In this document: positions 29,604 through 40,529 of the stretch, in pieces
Layout of the letters: every line of letters starts with the position of its first letter
Position numbering within the stretch: the stretch's first letter is position 1
Assembly (NCBI GenBank): GCA_963801605.1
Contig: CAWDFP010000006.1
Coordinates: 672,001 to 736,000 of the forward strand
DNA: 64,000 bases
Direction: 5' to 3'
From: an uncultured candidate division Zixibacteria bacterium
GTDB taxonomy: Bacteria > Zixibacteria > MSB-5A5 > UBA10806
Position numbers and translations under genes: made by a program
Notes under the pieces: model-generated
Told to the model about the DNA's origin: nothing
What the model saw: only the letters and a program-made list of their open reading frames with translations
Database searches by the model: none

Positions 29604-30794
29604 TCAGGCGTTTGGCTCTAATGGAATTTTAGCCGAAAGCTGAGTTGCAAGTTTAAAGATCATTTCCTGATCTTCGGCCTGCGGAGGACCATATGATTCA
29701 ACAGAGCCAACCGGTTCGATCTTTGCGCTTTCGAAAAACTCCATTCCTTGTTTGACCGCTCCTTTGCCCCAGCCGTAGGAGTTTAGGATAGCTCCGAATT
29801 TCAAGGGCGGTTTAAGAAGCTTAACAATATTTAGGGCGTTCGTTACGTAGGGATGAAGTCCTCCAAGTACCGTCGGGGAACCAATAACTATTGCCGGTGT
29901 ATCCACCAATTCTTCAGCCAACAATCCCATGTCGTACTGCGTGAGATTATACAATCTGGCCGCTACGCCTTCTCGTTCGAGGGCGTTAGCCATGGCGCCA
30001 GCCATTAACTCGGTTGCTCCCCACATCGAAATATATACGATTACTGCTTTTCTGGCAGTCTGCCCCGATACCCAACTGCGGTAAGCGCCAATAATCAATT
30101 CCGGTTTTCTATAGACCGGGCCATGGCTGGGAGCGACCATCGCAATATCAAGCCCGGCAATCTTTTCCAAGCCCTTCTTGCAAAATACTCTCATCGGCAT
30201 CATAATTTCAGCAAAATATGATTTGGCTAACCCCAGAATCTCCGGGACATCATCGGAATAAGTTCCCTCAGCGGCATGTGCCCCGAAGAAGTCACATGAG
30301 AACAGCAGTTTGTTATCTTCGAGATAGGTAAACATCGTTTCCGGCCAGTGCAGCCAGGGGCTTTCAATAAATCTTAACTTTTTGCCGCCAAGTTCAAGCG
30401 TTTCACCGTCCTTTATGGTTTTTATCCTTTCCTGCGGTACGCTTCCAAATCGCGTTGCCATCGGTGCGCCCTTTTCGGTGCAGAGCAGTGTTGCGCGGCT
30501 GGCTTTAAGTACAGCGCCAAGTGCCATTGAGTGGTCAGGTTCGGCATGATTCATAACGATATAATCAAGATTTGACAGATCCGTAAGAGCAGTTAGCTTT
30601 TCAAGGAGTTCGGATTCAAACCCCGGCCCGACGGAATCTATCAAGGCCGTTTTTTCGCTGCCCTTTACAAGGTAGGAATTAAATGATGTCCCCCTGGGAA
30701 GAGGTATCAAAGCGTCAAATAGCCTGCGATTTCTATCCTTAGCCCCAACCGCAAACACACCCTCTGAGATTTCCGGTAAATGGTATTTTAACAC
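29604..30794 (-). CDS. fprA: Flavodiiron protein (FprA, class A)
   Basis: GTSFNSYL, NHAEPDHS, LHWPETM, SCDFFGAH, APSHG and flavodoxin Y.SMWG.T / SYGWG. GTG start with AGGAG. Confidence 0.92.
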   Translation of the reverse strand: MLKYHLPEISEGVFAVGAKDRNRRLFDALIPLPRGTSFNSYLVKGSEKTALIDSVGPGFESELLEKLTALTDLSNLDYIVMNHAEPDHSMALGAVLKASRATLLCTEKGAPMATRFGSVPQERIKTIKDGETLELGGKKLRFIESPWLHWPETMFTYLEDNKLLFSCDFFGAHAAEGTYSDDVPEILGLAKSYFAEIMMPMRVFCKKGLEKIAGLDIAMVAPSHGPVYRKPELIIGAYRSWVSGQTARKAVIVYISMWGATELMAGAMANALEREGVAARLYNLTQYDMGLLAEELVDTPAIVIGSPTVLGGLHPYVTNALNIVKLLKPPLKFGAILNSYGWGKGAVKQGMEFFESAKIEPVGSVESYGPPQAEDQEMIFKLATQLSAKIPLEPNA

Positions 30795-31100
30795 TACGTA
30801 CTCCTTAAAAATTTAGATACTTGCATTTTCTCTTTTCCTTATTATATTATAGAACACAAATTAATTACGCCACAAAAATTAGGCGATCTTTTTTATCACT
30901 TCTATGTCAGGGCTGCCGGAAATGCTTCGGTGGGGCTAAAGTTTTTTATCCATGTTTAGGTGAATAGATAGGGAATTTAGGAATCTCGTTATCAGGTTGA
31001 ATATGAGTAATCTGTAGCATCAGAATTCTTTACGTGTGCCGATAGCTGTTATTCGTTTTGAAAAACTAAAACCCGGAACAAACCAAAAGGAGAAAACAAA

Positions 31101-33267
31101 ATGAAACGATTGTTTGTGGTTGTTGTCGCCATCGTCGCTATTTTTGGGATAGCGCAGGCGCAGGTGGATACCCTTACCATCCTGCATCTTAACGATACAC
31201 ATTCGCATCTTCTGCCTTTTGGGCCGAAAGACGCTCAGGGCAATCCAACTCTGGGCGGTATGGCCCGTCTGGCCACTTTGATTGGAATGACCAGGCAGAC
31301 CAACCCCAATGTAATGCTCTTTCATTCAGGCGATCTTTTTGTAGGAGATTTCATGTTCCAGGAATATCTCGGCATTGCCGAGCTGGGGATTATGAAGGCT
31401 CTGCAATATGACGCTCTGGAGCTCGGAAATCATGAGTTTGATCTTTACCCCTCAACCCTTAAGTATGTCTTGAGCCAGGCAGGATTTCCCAATGAGGGTT
31501 TCCCGGTCCTTTGCGCCAATCTCGACATGACCGACGACCCTCAAATGCCCTATTTCGTGCAGCCGTATATTATTAAGGACGTGGGGAATACCAGAATCGG
31601 TATCTTTGGATTGGCGACAGAACTTACCAATCAGATTTCAAATCCCGCCCCTCTTAGCATGCTGCCGCCGCTGTCCGAAGCCCCGAGGTGGATCGATACT
31701 CTCAAGATTGGACATAATTGCGATCTTGTAATCCTTCTTTCGCATCTTGGTGTTTTTGAGGATCAACTGCTGGCATCCACTGTGGGCGGTATCGATATCA
31801 TTCTCGGAGGCCATAGCCATACCTTGTTGCCGCAGCCAGTACAGATAGGAAATACGCTTATCGTGCAAGCGGGAGAGTTCGCTGAGCATTTGGGCAAGCT
31901 TCAAATAATTGAACAGAATGGCCAAATGCAAAGCTGGAGTTATGATCTCTTGAATGTCGATACTTCTATTCCGGCTGAGCCGAATATTGCCGGTATGCTC
32001 AGCGCTTTGGCGGCCGGTATCGAGGCTGATCCTCGTTTTGGCCCGGTCTATACTCAGACTATCGCGCAAGCAGGCACGGATATTAGCAAACCATTAGGCG
32101 AGGGGTTAGTCAAAGATAACGCTTTGGGGAATATGGTTTCCGATGCTATACGAAACATAACGGGCGCTCAAATCGCCATCCAGCCGCAGGGCTTCATCTC
32201 GCAGACTATTTATGCCGGACCAGTTACGGGAGACGACATTTTCCAGGCTGTCCCTTATGGATTTGATCAGGTCTCCGGTCTTGGACTCAAACTTGTTACT
32301 TTTGAAACTGATGGTCTTTCTCTTATTCGAGGGCTGGAATTCGCTGCTTACAATTTGCCATACTTAGAGGATTTCTTTTTACACGGCTCAAATATCACCT
32401 ACGCCTATAACTCAACTCTTCCGCCAGGCGAGCGAGTTGATTATGCTTCAATCTTTATCAATGGCCAACCGCTGAATCCCGTAGGTTCTTATACGGTTGT
32501 TGTTCCCGATGCCGTTATACCTTTCTTCTCGCAGATACCCGGATTTAATGTCAATAACCTTACCGAAACCGGCCTATTTCAATATACCGTTGTGAAGGAT
32601 TTCATGATCGCCAACTCACCTGTCAGATATTATTCTGAGGGGCGAGTAATTGATCTGGCACTCTTCGCAGAACCGTTGACAGGGATAGATGCTCTTTCAA
32701 ACGTAGTCACGCTTTTCAAACAGAACGGTTCCATCTCTCGCAACTTCGCCAATGACATGCTTATTAGAAGCCTTCAATTTATTCAGAGGGCAATTGAACG
32801 GGGTCAGTTGCGCCCCGCCGCCCGCCTGCTCAATGTTTTTAAGCTCGAGGTCAGGCTTTACCAGAGATTTAGATTTATTACCAGGTTTTCTGCCGATAGG
32901 CTCTGCTACCTGGCGGATAAACTGAAAGAATCGTTTGGCCCCGGGTTTGGAAAATTTGAGGATGATTCCGGGATTGCTTCTTTACCAGACGATTATGCGT
33001 TGTCCCAAAACTATCCCAATCCATTCAATCCTGAAACGCAAATTGATTATTTCCTTCCAACCGGCTCCAATGTAAAAATTGAGATCTTCGACATTCTCGG
33101 GCAAAGCGTGAAAACGCTCGTAGACAGTTATCAGGAGGCCGGCCCCCAAAGTGTCGTTTGGAATGGTCAGGATGACTTCGGGCGGAAGGTTTCAAGCGGA
33201 ATCTATTTCTACAAAATGCAAGCAGGAGATTTTGTAGATAACCAAGAAAATGAGCTTATTGAAATAG
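31101..33267 (+). CDS. Secreted 5'-nucleotidase/UDP-sugar hydrolase with a helical insert and YPNPFN FlgD/T9SS-like CTD; an extra base at about 33240 obscures the true end DTKKMSLLK*
   Basis: LHLNDTHS, SGD, LGNHEFD, LSH.G and GGHSH metallophosphoesterase motifs; LSQNYPNPFNP...WNG.D..G..VSSGIYFY. Confidence 0.88.
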
Positions 33268-33294
33268 CCAATGGTATTTCTATTCAATGATATC

Positions 33295-33326
33295 AAGAGG
33301 CGCCGTCGAGGAGTCGGCGCCTCTTT
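33295..33326. terminator. Hairpin between convergent genes
   Basis: AAGAGGCGCCG...CGGCGCCTCTT. Confidence 0.65.
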
Positions 33327-33367
33327 CATGTCAGAGTTTCTTATTCATCCTTTAAAATATGGAGTAT

Positions 33368-34613
33368 TTAGATTTTTCTCCCCAGGGCTTTTTCCAGAGC
33401 ATCCTTGTGAATCAGGAAGGTGAGCATCTTAAGACGGATATAATCGTCCCGGTAGAATACGTAACCCTCGTACTTCCCCTGCGCCAGCCTTCGCGATGAG
33501 TCTTTTACAAGGTACCAGTCATGCCCTCCTATCTTCGTATATCCAATTACGTGAACACCGTGATCGTCAGTGGTGGTTTCGTTATAGAAACGAAGTTCGC
33601 GCGAATCTTGATTAATTTTATCCTGCGGAATATCAAAATCAGGTATTATAGCTATATCCTCCTCGCCTATATATCCGGGCTCGGAGACGTCGCCGCCCAG
33701 CGCTAATGTATAGCCCGAATTGATAGCGCTTTTTATTGCCTTGTACCAATCGTCAAGGGGAAGGTTATAATAAGTGCTGTCGTGACGCCAATTATCCCAA
33801 ACCTTAAATTCGCCTCTGGCATAAAACGGAGAGGCGAGAGTTGACATGCAAGGCACGTAATTATCAAGATCGATCTTCATGACATCGCTGACAAACTCTA
33901 ATGGTGTTATAGTCTTTCCCTCAAAAGCAAAGTTCTTAGGCGGCGCCCCCATATATTTATCGAGGATCAGTTTAACCGCGCCGATTACCTCTTCCTCGTT
34001 CCAATAGTTGTTGGTGCTGACATAATTTAGATAGTTTTCGATTTCTCCGGCCATCTTATTGTGATCATACCGCTTGCCGTTAGTGCTTCCCGAATAGACA
34101 TCCTCAGGCACCGCACCATATTCTCTTCATAATAAGCAGGACAGCCTCGCCTTCAGAACCCTCCCCGTTCCAGGAGTCGGCGCGTTTGGCCACATAGTTT
34201 TTGGCTTTCTCGATATATTCATGATAAACGGTATACATTTCGGACAACTTTACTTTGCGGCCGGTTTGACGAGCTACCTCGGTTTCCAAAAACGACGTGG
34301 TTGAAAAACACCAGCAGGTCCCGGTGCGATACTGGCCAAGCGGCGGAAAATGAAATTCTGTTTTGAAATCTTCAAGGGATGATGGCCTGACTACCTTACT
34401 GATGTCAAAGCGGATAACATCATATTCATCTTTTGTTTCCTGCTTATCACGGATAGCAGCCGTTACGCTATCATCTATTGCCCGGGTCGAATCGGCGGCT
34501 TTGACGATCTCCTCAATAATTCCCGACCGCTTCTCCGGAACATATTTTACATGTTGAGCCCAAAGCGGGGTTGAGCTTAAGAAACAGATAAATCCCAGTA
34601 AAATTGTTTTCAT
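33368..34613 (-). CDS. Secreted C1-family cysteine aminopeptidase (PepC/bleomycin hydrolase-like); one indel at about 34113
   Basis: Q..TGTCWCFSTTSFLE, TTDDHG.H and YLVKDS. Correction gives MKEYGAVPEDVY. Confidence 0.88.
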
Positions 34614-35058
34614 CTTACACCTGCCATAAATAATCCAATTAAAGGTTGTTCACAGTCCATCTTATTGATTAGGCTAAGAGATTTATTTTGATTTGGCAAG
34701 TAATTTTGGCGAAATCGATTTATTAAATAAATTGTTTTCAAATGGATTTGCCGGCAACTCCAATAATGAACAACTGAAGCGGAAGATGCATACAAACATA
34801 AGCTTATAACCTTCAATAGCTTTTGGCCATTCACACAAAAACCGAATTTATCTGCTCAAATTTTTAACAGATACAGATTTTTTGCTCCCGGATCATAAAA
34901 GTTAAGCTGTTAGACTATAGCACGTTAAGTAACGAAAGATTCCTCCTTTCCGGGCATGTTTTTTGTCCTTCAGCAGATAGGCAGAGCAGAATATCGGGGA
35001 GATACTACGGTTACGTACCGCATGTAAATATGAAGGCAAAGCATTGGAGGGGTTTATC

Positions 35059-36417
35059 ATGACAGTACTCAGGACTCGCATTATTCGCGTCTCGATGTTT
35101 ATCATAAACGCGTTGTTGCTTACAAGTTCACTTTCATGGGGGAGTAACAATTCGAGCAGTGAGGCAGGCAATGCTAAGGCTCAAACAGAAAGATTGACTT
35201 TTAACGCGCCATCGAGAAGCGGCATCGAAGTTTCGCCTCTTTCCGATGATTATGGGACTGTTGATATTTCCTGGACGGCGCCCGGGGACGACAGCACTTT
35301 CGGCACTGCCGATCATTACGTAATAAAATATTACGAAAGCGCCATTAATGAGTCAAATTGGGATTCCGCTATGATAGTTGCCAACCCGCCGACGCCGCTT
35401 CCGTCAGGAACAAATCAAAGCTTCGTTGTGAATAGCCTCTATCCGGGACAATTTTATTATCTGGCAATGAAAACCTACGATGACGCCGGAAATGTCTCCG
35501 TACTTTCGAATTTAGCAATGAAATATGCGTCGGGCATTGCTCGTCCTGCTCTTTTGGGCGCGGAGATAGATTCGGTTAATTCATCTGCCACCCTTTCGGC
35601 AAGGATAGTTAACTCTCACCTGGCAGTCTATTATGAGTTCGCCCTCGATACCACAATCGAATTTTCCCATCCCGTTGTCGATGTTGCTCTCATTGCAGAT
35701 ACCACGGCCAGGGTTAGTTTTGGCGGTCTCCAACCTGTGATCGCCTATTTTTGGAGATGCCGGGCGATGGCTCAGGATCATTCCGACTCAAGTCTCTGGT
35801 CAGGCCCAGCATCATTCGTACTTAATGATATTATCGCTCCGATTGTCACTATTACCAGCCCCAATAATGGCGATACGCTGCGGGCTGATACTGCCGTAGT
35901 TTCCTGGTATGCAAACCACAATGGCCCCATAGCCGCCTATTATGTCGGTTATTCTACCGATTCGGGCGCCAACTGGCAGCAAATATCACAGGGAATCGAT
36001 ACCTGTGGTTCAATCGTCTGGCAACTACCGCCATCCGGCGATCAATTCCTGGTGGGCGTACTATATCTGGATATAGCTCAAAATCCCGGCGGTGATACCG
36101 TTACCGTTTACAGGGCGCCAACATCAATTGGCAATGAATCCAATATGATTCCTGTAGATTTCGAGCTTCAACAGTCATATCCCAATCCCTTTAATGCCGT
36201 GGCTACAATTGGATATTCTCTTCCTACGGCATCGCAAGTTACCCTTGAAATTTATGACCTTTTGGGAAATAAAGTTATTACGCTTCATGATGGGTACGAT
36301 GCTGCAGGATACCATCAATATCTCTGGCAGGCAGGACAATTGGCATCGGGAACATACCTTTACAGGCTAAAGGCCGGCGCCTTTGAGATGGTTAAATTTA
36401 CAACCTTAATCAAGTAA
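35059..36417 (+). CDS. Secreted Fn3/Ig-like protein with YPNPFN CTD; no catalytic domain recognised
   Basis: SWTAPGDD...Y.I.Y...L.PG..YY.A.K.YD.AGN.S.LSN Fn3, a second Fn3, an Ig-like domain, and QSYPNPFNA...LASG.Y.YRL...TLIK*. Confidence 0.75.
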   Translation: MTVLRTRIIRVSMFIINALLLTSSLSWGSNNSSSEAGNAKAQTERLTFNAPSRSGIEVSPLSDDYGTVDISWTAPGDDSTFGTADHYVIKYYESAINESNWDSAMIVANPPTPLPSGTNQSFVVNSLYPGQFYYLAMKTYDDAGNVSVLSNLAMKYASGIARPALLGAEIDSVNSSATLSARIVNSHLAVYYEFALDTTIEFSHPVVDVALIADTTARVSFGGLQPVIAYFWRCRAMAQDHSDSSLWSGPASFVLNDIIAPIVTITSPNNGDTLRADTAVVSWYANHNGPIAAYYVGYSTDSGANWQQISQGIDTCGSIVWQLPPSGDQFLVGVLYLDIAQNPGGDTVTVYRAPTSIGNESNMIPVDFELQQSYPNPFNAVATIGYSLPTASQVTLEIYDLLGNKVITLHDGYDAAGYHQYLWQAGQLASGTYLYRLKAGAFEMVKFTTLIK

Positions 36418-36437
36418 GCGCCTCTAATGTTGCCATT

Positions 36438-36467
36438 GGGAGCCACCCTCAGGCTCCCTTTTTTATT
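36438..36467 (+). terminator. Intrinsic terminator
   Basis: GGGAGCC...GGCTCCC followed by TTTTTTATT. Confidence 0.75.
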
Positions 36468-36617
36468 GGCAAATCATTTGTCCAATCCGCATCTTTTTGA
36501 CCAGAAAGTTAATATCGAATTCTATGGCCATTGCCTTTAGAAAACTAAAGTGATATTCATATTGTAAGTGCAGCCTATATTTTAAAAAGGATAAAATGAG
36601 GATAAATCCTTGAGTTT

Positions 36618-37586
36618 TTATTTTTCTGATTTTTTATCCGAGTTTCTGTCATTCCCGAAGATATGTGAAAGCAGATTTCCCTGCTCATGGCGGCACTTTT
36701 CCATGGAGATATTGCAATCCGTCTCAAACGGCTCCACATGGATAGTGACATGGGCATTTGGTATCGCTTTTATAATCTCTTCCTCAATATGATCGCATAC
36801 CTTATGGGCGTCGGCCAAACTTATATCATGGCTTTGTACCAGGTGTAGATCGATTTCCCTTACCTTGCCAACCTTCCGGGATCTTAAGTCGTGAAATCCT
36901 ATAAATGATCCGCTGTGGTCAACCAAAACCTTCTCTATGGCCGAAAGTTCTGATTCGGACAGTCCCTCGTCCATGAGATCATGAAGGGAACGCTTGACTA
37001 TATCATAAGCGGCGTGCCCTATTACCAGCGCCACCATCAACGCAATAATCGGGTCGAGAATATAAAGCCCCGTAATTTTGATAAGCAGAAGGCCCACAAA
37101 GACGCCCGCCGATGTCAGTACGTCGGTGGATAGATGCAGGGCATCAGCCTCTAATGCCAGCGATTCCGATTTCCTGGATACCTTGAACAACTGGCGCGAA
37201 ACGATTGTATTAAGAAGCGCCGATACTCCCATAATAATGAGGCCGAGATCGAGCTTGCCGACTTCGCCTCCCCTGATGATCTTTTCAATTGCTTGATATA
37301 CAATGATAAAAATCGCGAGAAAGATAATTAGCCCCTCGAAAAAGCCCGAGAGGCTTTCTGCTTTGCCATGTCCGAACGGATGCCGTTTATCGGGCGGCTT
37401 GCTCGCTTCCCGCACCGCTATGAAAGCTACAATCGCCGCCATTAAATCTATCCCGGAATGCACCGCTTCACTGATAACGCTTACCGAGTTTATCAGAATA
37501 CCAATAACCAGCTTGCCCGACACCAGAATGGTGTTGGATGCGATAGACATGCCAGCGGCGAATTTTTTACTGCGGTCGAGGTTCAA
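36618..37586 (-). CDS. Cation diffusion facilitator (FieF-like)
   Basis: SEAVHS..D, PPD..HPFGHGKAE, ADALHL.TD, H.LRSR and IHVEP. Confidence 0.9.
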   Translation of the reverse strand: MNLDRSKKFAAGMSIASNTILVSGKLVIGILINSVSVISEAVHSGIDLMAAIVAFIAVREASKPPDKRHPFGHGKAESLSGFFEGLIIFLAIFIIVYQAIEKIIRGGEVGKLDLGLIIMGVSALLNTIVSRQLFKVSRKSESLALEADALHLSTDVLTSAGVFVGLLLIKITGLYILDPIIALMVALVIGHAAYDIVKRSLHDLMDEGLSESELSAIEKVLVDHSGSFIGFHDLRSRKVGKVREIDLHLVQSHDISLADAHKVCDHIEEEIIKAIPNAHVTIHVEPFETDCNISMEKCRHEQGNLLSHIFGNDRNSDKKSEK

Positions 37587-37771
37587 AGGATTCCCAAAAA
37601 TTAAAAACGATCCATCAAGCCGAATCGTTTCAATGGCTTAATTGCCGATTAACTTAAATAATATATAGTGAATCCATTAAATGCAAGGATTTTTGTCTTG
37701 CTTTATTGTTCTCGGTAAATATCGATACTCCTCCATAATTTTTTTATGTGCGACTAATTTAGTTCATAAGC

Positions 37772-37800
37772 TTGACACCCGTTCAAATCTCCTCTATAAT
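37772..37800 (+). promoter_or_regulatory. Consensus sigma70 promoter
   Basis: TTGACA (37772-37777), 17 bp spacer, TATAAT (37795-37800), upstream of the M20 gene. Confidence 0.85.
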
Positions 37801-37841
37801 CTCCCGCGAAAAGTAACGAAGGTGTCTTGCCGGGAGAAAAA

Positions 37842-39035
37842 ATGAACGAACTAAAAACCGATATAGCCAAACTTTCCATAAGATTTGCTCCAGAGATGAT
37901 CAAGCTTCGACGCCAGCTTCATCAATATCCGGAAATCTCGCTGGAGGAACGTCAAACTCAAAAGATAATCGCGGGCAAACTTAAAGAAGCAGGTCTTAAA
38001 GTAAATTCCAAAATCTGGGGAACGGCAGTCGTAGGGCTGCTCAGCGGCAGCGGAAAAGGCAAAACGGTCGGCATCAGGTCGGATATGGATGCCCTGCCCG
38101 TCACCGAACAGACCGGATATTCATTTGCAAGCAAAAATCCCGGCAAAATGCACGCTTGCGGTCACGATGTTCACATGGCTACGGTCTGGGGAGCCGCCAG
38201 GATTCTTTCAAGTCTTAGGGATAAGCTTAACGGTTCGGTAAAATTCATTTATCAACCGTCGGAGGAAATTCATCCTGGCGGAGCCAAACCTCTGATCAAT
38301 GCGGGAGTTCTTAAAAAGCCGGACGTTTCTCTTATGTTTGGACTTCATGTCGATTCCACTATCCCCGCCGGCACAATTGGAGTAAAAGATGGCCCCATGA
38401 TGGCTCAGGCCGATGACTTCTCTGTTGAGATTATTGGACGCTCCGGGCATGGCGCCAGGCCGCATGAGACTATCGATGCAGTAATTGTGGCATCCAATCT
38501 GGTTATGGCTTTACAAAATATCTCCTCGCGCCAGGTAAACCCCTTAATTCCTGTGGTAGTTTCAATCGGGGCAATCCATGGAGGAACCGCCACTAATGTT
38601 ATTGCGGATAGGGTAACGTTAAAAGGTACAGCACGCTCCCTTACGCCCGAACTTACTAAGGTACTCCCCGATATGATCGAGAAAATTATCTGGGGTGTTT
38701 GCGAAACTTTCGGAGCCAGCTATATTTTGAGATACAACCGCGGTTATCCTGTCCTTTTCAATAATACTAAAGTTAACGATATTTATCGTCAATCGGCTCG
38801 GGAGCTCTTTGGCAAAAAAGCAGTGGTTGAAATTACATATCCTTCTATGGGCGGTGAGGATTTTGCGTATTTTGCCAAGGCCGTCCCCGGAGCAATGGTC
38901 CGACTTGGAGTAGGTAATAAAAAAATTGGGGCCGACAAACCCTGGCATCACCCGGCATTCAAGGCCGATGAGGCTGCCATACCGTTTGGGGCGGCCGTAA
39001 TATCGTACGCTGTCTTGAGCGCTTTACAGGAATAA
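37842..39035 (+). CDS. M20D family amidohydrolase
   Basis: R.DMDALP, MHACGHD.H, QP.EE, GLH, GHGARPH, GGEDF and HH. Confidence 0.92.
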   Translation: MNELKTDIAKLSIRFAPEMIKLRRQLHQYPEISLEERQTQKIIAGKLKEAGLKVNSKIWGTAVVGLLSGSGKGKTVGIRSDMDALPVTEQTGYSFASKNPGKMHACGHDVHMATVWGAARILSSLRDKLNGSVKFIYQPSEEIHPGGAKPLINAGVLKKPDVSLMFGLHVDSTIPAGTIGVKDGPMMAQADDFSVEIIGRSGHGARPHETIDAVIVASNLVMALQNISSRQVNPLIPVVVSIGAIHGGTATNVIADRVTLKGTARSLTPELTKVLPDMIEKIIWGVCETFGASYILRYNRGYPVLFNNTKVNDIYRQSARELFGKKAVVEITYPSMGGEDFAYFAKAVPGAMVRLGVGNKKIGADKPWHHPAFKADEAAIPFGAAVISYAVLSALQE

Positions 39036-39041
39036 TTACTT

Positions 39042-39737
39042 ATGCCGATTACCACGGTTTTATTGGATGGCGGTGGCGTCATCGTCGACGAGTCCGAGCT
39101 TGAGGATATTAGGGCTCGAATTATCTCCAATGTTCTCTCGAGTTTGATCCGGGGATATTCCACGTATAATTACTGGGCCGATATCGATCAGGCCGTGAAA
39201 TCATTCTGTCCCAATGTTTATAAATATGTATTTTGGAAATATACCGAGGGGAACCTGCCTCTTTTTGAAGAACTCTATCAGAAACATTTATTGAGCTGGA
39301 AAGAGGATCGTCCCTCACTTAAGCTCGCCGACGGTTTTGCTGTTGAGGCCGAGTCGATAAGTCGTCGCTTTAAGATCGGGATCGCCGGACAATATGGCAT
39401 TGAGATACTTGACCTTTTACGGGATAACTCCATTTTGGATTATTTTGCATTTCAGTTTACTCAAGATGATTTTTCGCTCACCAAGCCCGATCCCCGTTAT
39501 TTCGAACAGATTGCGCAAAAGGCAGGAGTTGCCCCCCAGGAATGTATCATGGTGGGAGATCGCATTGACAAAGACATAATTCCCGCCAGGCAAGTTGGTA
39601 TGAAAACGATTTTAGTAAGAACGGGGATTCATCGAAATCAACGCCCCAGAGTACCGTACGAAATACCCGATATCGAGCAGGAAGGCATTTGGGGTTTAGC
39701 AAAAACGGTAAAGGATATCGCCGATCAATTATCGTGA
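39042..39737 (+). CDS. HAD family hydrolase
   Basis: LDGGGV..D, KPDPRYF and MVGDRIDKDI.PA..VGM. Confidence 0.85.
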   Translation: MPITTVLLDGGGVIVDESELEDIRARIISNVLSSLIRGYSTYNYWADIDQAVKSFCPNVYKYVFWKYTEGNLPLFEELYQKHLLSWKEDRPSLKLADGFAVEAESISRRFKIGIAGQYGIEILDLLRDNSILDYFAFQFTQDDFSLTKPDPRYFEQIAQKAGVAPQECIMVGDRIDKDIIPARQVGMKTILVRTGIHRNQRPRVPYEIPDIEQEGIWGLAKTVKDIADQLS

Positions 39738-39773
39738 AGACGATGGATTCGATCCATAAAAGGAAGGACTAGT

Positions 39774-40529
39774 ATGCCTTTGGTAGATTACCTGAAGCGT
39801 CTCAAAAATATCAGGCTGCTGCCACCAAAAGATAAGGAGTTTTATAAAATCTTCGATGAGATGGCCGCCAATGTGCTAAACGCCAGCGAACTTCTTATAA
39901 AGCTATTTGAGGCCAAACCGCATGAGCGGCCCGAAGTTGAAATCGGCATTGCCACCCGTGTAACCCGTTGTGATGTAATGGCAAGCTCTTTGGAAAATCT
40001 ACTAAGAGCGGCTCAACAGCCGCCTTTTGGACGAGCCGAAATCAGCGAGTTCTCCGATGGGGCAACCAGGATTGTCAAATATATCAATCATGCTGCCAAC
40101 CGCTATATGGTATACGATTTTCCATCGAGCGATAAAGAGATGCGCGAAATGGCTCCCCTGATAAGAGAAGCCTGTGCAGAAATCGTTCGCGCTGTCAATA
40201 GTCTCCATAAAAATCGTCAACTCGAACCATTCACCAGAGCGATAGACACCCTTGAAGGCAAAGCCGATGAGATTTATCATGGCGGATTGAGGCGCAGGTT
40301 CCGCGAAATTCGCGAAGATCACGCCCATCTTCATGTACAAATAAAACAAGTTTCGCCCGAAGCCACTTGCCTGGATCTTTTGCCGATAATTCAAGCCAAC
40401 GTCGAATATACTCGTCACGTAGCCGTATTTTTTGCCTTACGGCAGGTTTACGCAGAACTTGAACGAGCTATCGATGCCTGTACAGATCTTTCCGCAATCT
40501 TAAAGCGAATGGTTGCCACTAATGTTTGA
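39774..40529 (+). CDS. DUF47 family phosphate transport regulator
   Basis: LLP.KD..FY..F, I..LE..AD.IY and LE.A.D.C..L..IL; immediately upstream of a PiT gene. Confidence 0.8.
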   Translation: MPLVDYLKRLKNIRLLPPKDKEFYKIFDEMAANVLNASELLIKLFEAKPHERPEVEIGIATRVTRCDVMASSLENLLRAAQQPPFGRAEISEFSDGATRIVKYINHAANRYMVYDFPSSDKEMREMAPLIREACAEIVRAVNSLHKNRQLEPFTRAIDTLEGKADEIYHGGLRRRFREIREDHAHLHVQIKQVSPEATCLDLLPIIQANVEYTRHVAVFFALRQVYAELERAIDACTDLSAILKRMVATNV

